From Macrostomum lignano (taxonomy: Eukaryota): a DNA stretch of 64,000 nt. The DNA is taken from contig NIVC01003629.1 in NCBI GenBank assembly GCA_002269645.1, positions 1 to 64,000 of the forward strand, in the 5' to 3' direction. The notes under the pieces were generated by a model. That model ran no database searches. It saw only the letters and a program-made list of their open reading frames with translations, and was not told where the DNA came from. Both the position numbers and the translations under genes were made by a program. Below are positions 56,831 to 64,000 of the stretch, piece by piece. Each line of letters opens with the position of its first letter. Position 1 is the stretch's first letter.

Positions 56831-58799
56831 ACAATCTGGCCATTCTGCTGATTTTGCCCCATTGTGCAGCATCCAATGCCCTAGTTGCCATGGTGAGAGA
56901 CTGGCTAGCATGATACTACAAGGCCCCAATGCTGCCTACCTATAGTCAGCTTGAACCTGCCAATCAACTAATGCAGTTTTTGATGCAAACAATAATTTTT
57001 GCTCTTTTTAGTCCATGATTTTTTCTGCTCTTCTGCTATAGTATATATTTGTTTGTACAGATTGTTGACTATGATGCCATGTAATAGAACCCTTTCCACA
57101 CAATATTCATTTTTTATTATTAAACTTTTTTATTTCTAGTGATATTCTTGTTCAAAATTTTTATTTGACATTTAAAGGTTTTTAGGCCTATTTGTATTGT
57201 TCTAGCCATAAATTCACAATATAGTTTTTATTTGTTTATTTTTCTATGTTGATCTATTACCTATCATTCTTAAATCTATTTACTTTGCTTTGCCAACTTT
57301 TATTTCTTTTTTCTTTCTCTAGACATATATACTATTGTACTCTACTTTTAGCTATCAATCTATATTTCTTAGAGTTTATGACTTATCATATTGTACATAT
57401 TGACTTTTTATATATATTGTTTTATACACTTGTGCTCTTATTTATTTTTCTCCTTATTGATTTTTCCACCCTGGTATTATTTCCTTTAGATATTGATGGG
57501 AACTTATAAAAAAACTTTATTCTATTTGCCTTGACAAAAAATGACCAAATTCAAAATATTGCCAATATAACTCAATTATGTTGTTTACTATCATTATAAA
57601 ATTAGCACCTTAGGATGGAGGCTCACTTCTCTCTTTTTTCTTCTTTCTGATTAGGCTTCATTGTGATTAGGCTTAAATACAAGACCTATTCAAAAGGAAT
57701 TAGTAATTAGTTCTAAAGAGATGTTATAAGTATTGCTATCAAAAATAATATATATATGGTCTCGCAAGCAGCGCGGCATACATGCTGTGGTTGGCATGGC
57801 CACCACTAATTGTCCTATGCATTGTGCTGGCTATATAATATACACAAATAATTTAATATGCAAGTTGGCTATAATCTATCTATTTTGCTTGTCTCTAACT
57901 AAGCATTTGCCTAGAAAAAAGTTGAATATAGTTTAAACAATTTTCTAATGTTTAATATTTAATAACTATTCTTTTTAATTTTTACTATATTCAATAATTA
58001 TAAAAGTTAAAGGCATTGATAATAGCTAGCCTAGGGCCCTCACCCTAGGCCTAGTTAAACCAGTTAAATGTATAACAAGGAATTTTGTATTTATAAAATT
58101 AGATAAAAAATAAATTATATTATATATATACAATATGCAGGGTCAAAACATTTTTATAAATAAATTGTTATAAAAAACAAAGTTTTCTTGTTGAATACTG
58201 CAGTTATGTATATACTTAGCTTAGTAGCCAATAGCCAAACATATAGGGCATAGCATAGGCTAGGCTATAGCCCTATTATCATTGATAAGGCCCTTATCAT
58301 AAGGGTATATAGGCCTACCTAAGCATGCCCTAAGATTGCAACTTGCAAGTCTTATGACATTAACACTATATATTAATTTGTTTGCTTAGGCCTAATTTCT
58401 TCATCCAATTCAATCAAACATCAATATAGGCCCTAGGCCATAAACGTGGTAGTGGTAGGGCCTGGCCTGGCTAGGCCTAGCCTAGCTATAGTCAAACTCA
58501 GATAATGGCTAGACTGATATGAAAATATAATGATAGGCCCCAGGGAGGGAGGAAAGGCCCCTTCAGCCGTGGCAAAATATATGTATATTTGGCCTGTAAT
58601 ATATGTATATTTGGCAAAAATTGGGCTGTACATTTGGCCTGTAACTGTCTGTAACTAACTATGCAAGGTCTATTTTCTAAAATTGGGTTGTAACTTGCTC
58701 GATATAACTTGGCACTTCTCTCAAACAATTTCTTGGTCCGCCCTTGGTCAAAATCGAAGCTTGTCATGCCATGTGCTTTGTGCTTGTGCTTTTTCCTTG

Positions 58800-59020
58800 T
58801 TTTGGGTAGCGTTTTGACATTGTTCATGGTTTTTCGCGGAAAAAATCATTTTTGAATTTGTTGACATTTAAAACTAAACTAAACTGTTTAGACGTTTAGA
58901 AATTAGTTATTTTTGTAATTTTAAAAATAAAAAGTAAAATTTATATTTTAGCATAGTAAAATATATTAATTAATAAATTTTTTCATGCGTGATAAATATT
59001 TCGCGCTTATTTAGTTTCAT
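58800..59020. promoter_or_regulatory. Possible bidirectional promoter between the divergent Prune and C19orf53/PARP genes
   Basis: E2F-like sites ttttcgcggaaaa (58831-58843) and tttcgcgc (about 59000) are rare CG-containing motifs in a very AT-rich divergent intergenic region. Positional inference only. Confidence 0.25.
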
Positions 59021-59823
59021 ACTTTCCATAAATCATGAATCTTAAGCTCAAGGATTTCATATAATTTCATTTTAGACACTCAGTCTAGACAAAGAGAGAC
59101 AGAAACTGTATATTCGTTGATAGTTAAATTGTTCAGGTGCCTATTTTCTTTATTTAATGTTTCAATTAATGCATCTGAATTTCCTGAGTTTGATTTTATT
59201 TCTATCTTTAAAGAAGAATCATCAAAGGCAGCAAGGCTGAAAAAATAATATGTTCAGTCATTTGATGATTTGATGGCTAGCAAGGAATAAAGCTTAGCAC
59301 CACGCAAAAGTACAGAAGAAAGCTAGAGTTAAAAGGTTATTGGAGATATACAATAATACTAAATAGGCCTAGTCAAATAGAATAATTATATTTTGGTTAT
59401 CTAATTCAATTTCTATCATATTGGAATATTGTGTTGGTAATATTTTGTAGTGGATCAAGTTGCCTAGTTTAATGTGTGGAATGCGCTGACATTTTTTGTC
59501 TTAGCTACACATTTTAAAGGCAGTTTTCTTAAAATTTTAGATAAAATTATACAATGATAGCTATAATGATAGTAAAAATTGAGATTAATAAGTATGTTTC
59601 TTAAGCTATATATAAGCATTGTTTGTAAATTATGCTGCTTAAAAATAGCACTGTTTTAATTTAGGTAAGTAAAAGTGTTTTTTATAAAAAAATTGAATAG
59701 GCGAGTTTTTAAAGACATTTTTATAGGTATTATAGTCTTTATATGTTTGTTATAAAGATATTCTATGGTTTAGGAATCAAATTGTATTCTAATTATAATT
59801 TAATTTTGTAATTCTTTTTTCAG

Positions 59824-62800
59824 GCACTGCAAGCTTACCTCTCACAGTGTCGAGCTATTCTAGCTCGCTCCCTCACACCAACAGCCAATGGAGTGACCAC
59901 TGTTGTCATGGGCAATGAGGCATGTGATCTGGACTCTGCTGTCTGCGCACTATCCCTAGCTTACTGCCTAGATGCCGATCCATCAATGTCGCCAGCAATT
60001 CCACTGTTAAATGTTCGCCGCAAAGAGCTGCCCCTTCGCCCCGACATTTTGGTTGCCCTTGGCAACTGGTTGGGATTGCCTGAGGCACCAGAAACTTTGC
60101 TGCCCTGTCGAGATGATGCCAAGGATGTTGAGCTGTTCCAAGCGGTTCGAGATGGTAGAATCAGGCTAGCGCTGGTGGATCACAATGTGCTGCGAGGCAA
60201 GGATGCAGCACTGGCGTCTGGAGTCTTTATGGTAGGAAGATATTCCTATTTGGGTTGTTAATTTGAGGCTTGTTAAATAACTATGCATAGTGAATTCGTT
60301 ACTGGCCTAACATTAGTTATTCCCACTGTCCCAACTCCCAAGTCCTCCAGTGTCTTAGCAACTCCAGTTATTCCTCCGTTCACCCACCCACTGTCCCAAG
60401 CCCTCTACAGTGTCTTAGCAACTCCAGTTATTCCTCCGTTCACCCACCCACTGTCCCAAGCCCTCTACAGTGTCTTAGCAACTCCAGTTATTCCTCCGTT
60501 CACCCACCCACTGTCCCAAGCCCTCTACAGTGTCTTAGCAACTCCAGTTATTCCTCCTTTCACCCACCCACTGTCCCAAGCCCTCTACAGTGTCTTAGCA
60601 ACTCCAGTTATTCCTCCTTTCACCCACCCACTGTCCCAAGCCCTCTACAGTGTCTTAGCAACTCCAGTTATTCCTCCGTTCACCCACCCACTGTCCCAAG
60701 CCCTCTACAGTGTCTTAGCAACTCCAGTTATTCCTCCGTTCACCCACCCACTGTCCCAAGCCCTCTACAGTGTCTTAGCAACTCCAGTTATTCCTCCGTT
60801 CACCCACCCACTGTCCCAAGCCCTCTACAGTGTCTTAGCAACTCCAGTTATTCCTCCTTTCACCCACCCACTGTCCCAAGCCCTCTACAGTGTCTTAGCA
60901 ACTCCAGTTATTCCTCCGTTCACCCACCCACTGTCCCAAGCCCTCTACAGTGTCTTAGCAACTCCAGTTATTCCTCCTTTCACCCACCCACTGTCCCAAG
61001 CCCTCTACAGTGTCTTAGCAACTCCAGTTATTCCTCCGTTCACCCACCCACTGTCCCAAGCCCTCTACAGTGTCTTAGCAACTCCAGTTATTCCTCCGTT
61101 CACCCACCCACTGTCCCAAGCCCTCTACAGTGTCTTAGCAACTCCAGTTATTCCTCCTTTCACCCACCCACTGTCCCAAGCCCTCTACAGTGTCTTAGCA
61201 ACTCCAGTTATTCCTCCTTTCACCCACCCACTGTCCCAAGCCCTCTACAGTGTCTTAGCAACTCCAGTTATTCCTCCTTTCACCCACCCACTGTCCCAAG
61301 CCCTCTACAGTGTCTTAGCAACTCCAGTTATTCCTCCTTTCACCCACCCACTGTCCCAAGCCCTCTACAGTGTCTTAGCAACTCCAGTTATTCCTCCTTT
61401 CACCCACCCACTGTCCCAAGCCCTCTACAGTGTCTTAGCAACTCCAGTTATTCCTCCGTTCACCCACCCACTGTCCCAAGCCCTCTACAGTGTCTTAGCA
61501 ACTCCAGTTATTCCTCCGTTCACCCACCCAGGTGATCGACCACCACGTCAAAGAAGGAATCTGGACTTCAAAAGTGGACACTACAATTGAACTAGTTGGC
61601 TCCTGCAGCAGTCTTGTTGCCATACGCTTGCTTAACAACGACAGCGTCATTAGTAACCGATTGAAAACTACGCCGGGTCTGGCTCGCGCACTACGGGGCG
61701 CGATATTATTGGACACGGCGAATATGCTGCCAGCGGCTGGGAAGGCTAAGCCTCAAGATGAAGCTGCTTTAAACCTGTTGGAGAGTCTGGATAGCAAAGC
61801 TTGCGGCGGTGATCAGTCAACTCGGGCGGCAGACTATGCCGCACTGTTGAGCGCTCGACGCGACCTGTCTCGATTCGCTGGCGTGGACCATCTCAGACGC
61901 GACGTTAAAACTGTCTGCGGTGGAGACGGAGGTTCTGTTGGTGAGCTGCTTGTGATAGAAATAAAATCTAGATCCAATCTTAGATCCGATCTTAGATCCG
62001 ATCTAGATCAAATCTAGATACAATCTAAGATCCAATCTTAGATCCGATCTAGATCAAATCTAGATCCAATCTTAGATCCAATCTAGATCCAATCTAGATC
62101 CAATTTTAGATCCGATCTAGATCCAATCTAGATCCAATCTTAGATCCAATCTAGATCCAATCTAGATCCAATTTTAGATCCGAACTAGATCCAATCTAGA
62201 TCCAATCTTAGATCCAATCTAGATCCAATCTTAGATCCAATCTAGATCCAATCTTAGATCCAATCTAGATCCAATCTTAGATCCAATCTTAGATCCGATC
62301 TAGATCCAATCTTAGATCCAATCTAGATCCAATCTTAGATCCAATCTTAGATCCGATCTAGATCCAATCTTAGATCCAATCTTAGATCCAATCTAGATCC
62401 AATCTTAGATCCAATCTTAGATCCGATCTAGATCCAATCTTAGATCCAATCTTAGATCCAATCTTAGATCCAATCTAGATCCAATCTTATATCCAATCTT
62501 AGATCCAATCTTAGATCCAATCTTAGATCCAATCTTAGATCCAATCTAGATCCAATCTTAGATCCAATCTAGATCCAATCTTAGATCCAATCTTAGATCC
62601 AATCTTAGATCCAATCTTATATTCAATCTAGATCCAATCTTAGATCCAATCTAGATCCGATCTTAGATCCAATCTTAGATCCAATCTTAGATCCGATCTA
62701 GATCCAATCTTAGATCCAATCTTAGATCCAATCTAGATCCAATCTTAGATCCAATCTAAGATATAAGAATAATAATCAAATCTAGATCCAATCTAGATCC

Positions 62801-64000
62801 AATCTTAGATCCAATCTATCTAGATCCAATCTATCTAGATCCAATCTATCTAGATCCAATCTATCTAGATCCAATCTAGATCCAATCCTGATCCAATCTA
62901 GATCCAATCCTGATCCAATCTTAGATCCAATCTAAGATATAAGAATAATAATCCAATCTAGATCCAATCTAGACACAATCTTAGATCCAATCCTGATCCA
63001 ATCTTAGATCCACTCTAAGATATAAGAATAATAATCCAATCTAGATCCAATCTAGATCCAATCTAAGATCCAATCTTAGATCCAATCTTGTCTAGATCCA
63101 ATCTTGACACAATCTTAGATCCAATCTTGTCTAGATCCAATCTTGACACAATCTTAGATCCAATCTAGAATCCAATCTAGACTCAATCTTAGATCCAATC
63201 TAGACCCAATCTAGATACAATTTAGATCCAATCCTGATCCAATCTAGATCCAATCTAGACTCAATCTTAGATCCAATCTAGACCCAATCTAGATACAATT
63301 TAGATCCAATCCTGATCCAATCTAGATCCAATCTAGACTCAATCTTAGATCTAATCTAGACATAATCTTAGATCCGATCTAGACCAAATCTTAGATCCTG
63401 TCTAAATACAATCTAGATCCAATCTAGGAAACTAAAACGCTCCACAGACTGAAAGCCTCAACCAATTTTTATCGCGTTTTCAACAACAAATTTTAAATCA
63501 TACGTTACTAAACACAAAGAAATAAATGAAATCCTACGCGTATATTGCTTGCTACTCGCTAGGTTTTAAAGTAGAATGTCGCGTATTTTACAACCTATTT
63601 AAATAATGTAACTGAAAACAAAATTAATTTTCAAAAAAAAATCTGCAGTAGTCGGCTTGGCGTCCTTAGCAACCTCGGTCGCAGAATTTCTTCGCCGTTC
63701 GGACGCCGCCAAGGCTATTGAAGAATTCTCTGCTGAGGCCAACTGTTCAATACTGCTGCTGCTGGGCATTGAGGTTCTTCAACAATCGAATGACGCTCCA
63801 CCAGATGGAGCCGTTGATATTCGACGCGATTTGGCTATTGTGTGTACTCGACCAGCTTGTCAGTTGATGACTGAGAAACTCGTCCAATACCTGCTGTGTG
63901 AGCACCAGGATCCAGATTTGCAGCTGGAAGAGCTGACTATAGATTGCTTTCAATCTGGTCGGCTGTTTACTCAGCACAATTTAAAGGCGTCGCGAAAGCA
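59824..64000 (+). CDS. prune: Exopolyphosphatase Prune (DHH/DHHA2 family); 3' end runs past the window
   Basis: Exons 59824-60231 (ALQAYLSQCRAIL, VVMGNEACDLDSAVCAL, LALVDHN), 61532-61940 (VIDHH, VGSCSSLV, LRGAILLDTANM, LRRDVK) and 63649-64000+ (RRDLAIV, FTQHNLKASRK). Junction phases are compatible (0, 1). Confidence 0.95.
60349..61530 (+). repeat. Near-perfect 60-bp minisatellite filling a Prune intron
   Basis: About 20 units that differ only at one position (ccgtt/ccttt). Confidence 0.99.
61968..63425 (+). repeat. 11/12-bp minisatellite (agatccaatct(t)) filling a Prune intron
   Basis: More than 100 degenerate units. Confidence 0.97.

Noticed and set aside
58433-58827. Minus-strand ORFs of 66 and 109 aa
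   Set aside because: No recognisable domain and no convincing splice partner, in AT-rich intergenic sequence.
60349-61530. CRISPR-like regular repeats (here and in other arrays)
   Set aside because: There are no unique spacers and no cas genes, and the context is a spliceosomal eukaryotic gene.
60283-61590. 435-aa ORF with a 20-aa repeat
   Set aside because: It lies in a Prune intron bounded by canonical sites; the flanking exons join in phase to give ...GVFM-VIDHH.

Overview
Eukaryotic (metazoan) genomic DNA with short GT-AG introns, where most long introns are filled by different tandem-repeat arrays. The style suggests a free-living flatworm such as Macrostomum; this is an inference, not an identification. 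Five host genes were assembled by hand from splice sites and reading frames: (1) the 3' part of a PHACTR/RPEL gene (+, 1018-10750); (2) a very large ninein/ninein-like gene (-, 13037-45320; about 55 exons, about 3,900 aa); (3) a PBZ zinc finger + PARP-type catalytic (H-Y-E) + BRCT-like gene (-, 48861-53084); (4) a C19orf53/UPF0390-like ORF (-, 54175-54462); (5) a Prune exopolyphosphatase gene (+, 59824 to window end). Mobile DNA includes a deleted Ty3/Gypsy element, a decayed Penelope-like element interrupted by a LINE 3' end, four tRNA-derived SINE copies (two families) and MITE-like inverted-repeat elements. Main highlights: about 1,550 aa of an unfamiliar Trp-containing helical module encoded by serially duplicated phase-0 exon pairs inside ninein; a coiled coil built largely from 105-nt (5-heptad) exons; and two genes (Prune, PBZ-PARP) whose first visible exon lacks a Met but starts in phase 0 after a strong acceptor, as expected if an AUG-terminated flatworm spliced leader supplies the initiator. 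Most long ORFs in the supplied track are artefacts of minisatellites. Exon coordinates are hand-derived and may be off by a few bases.
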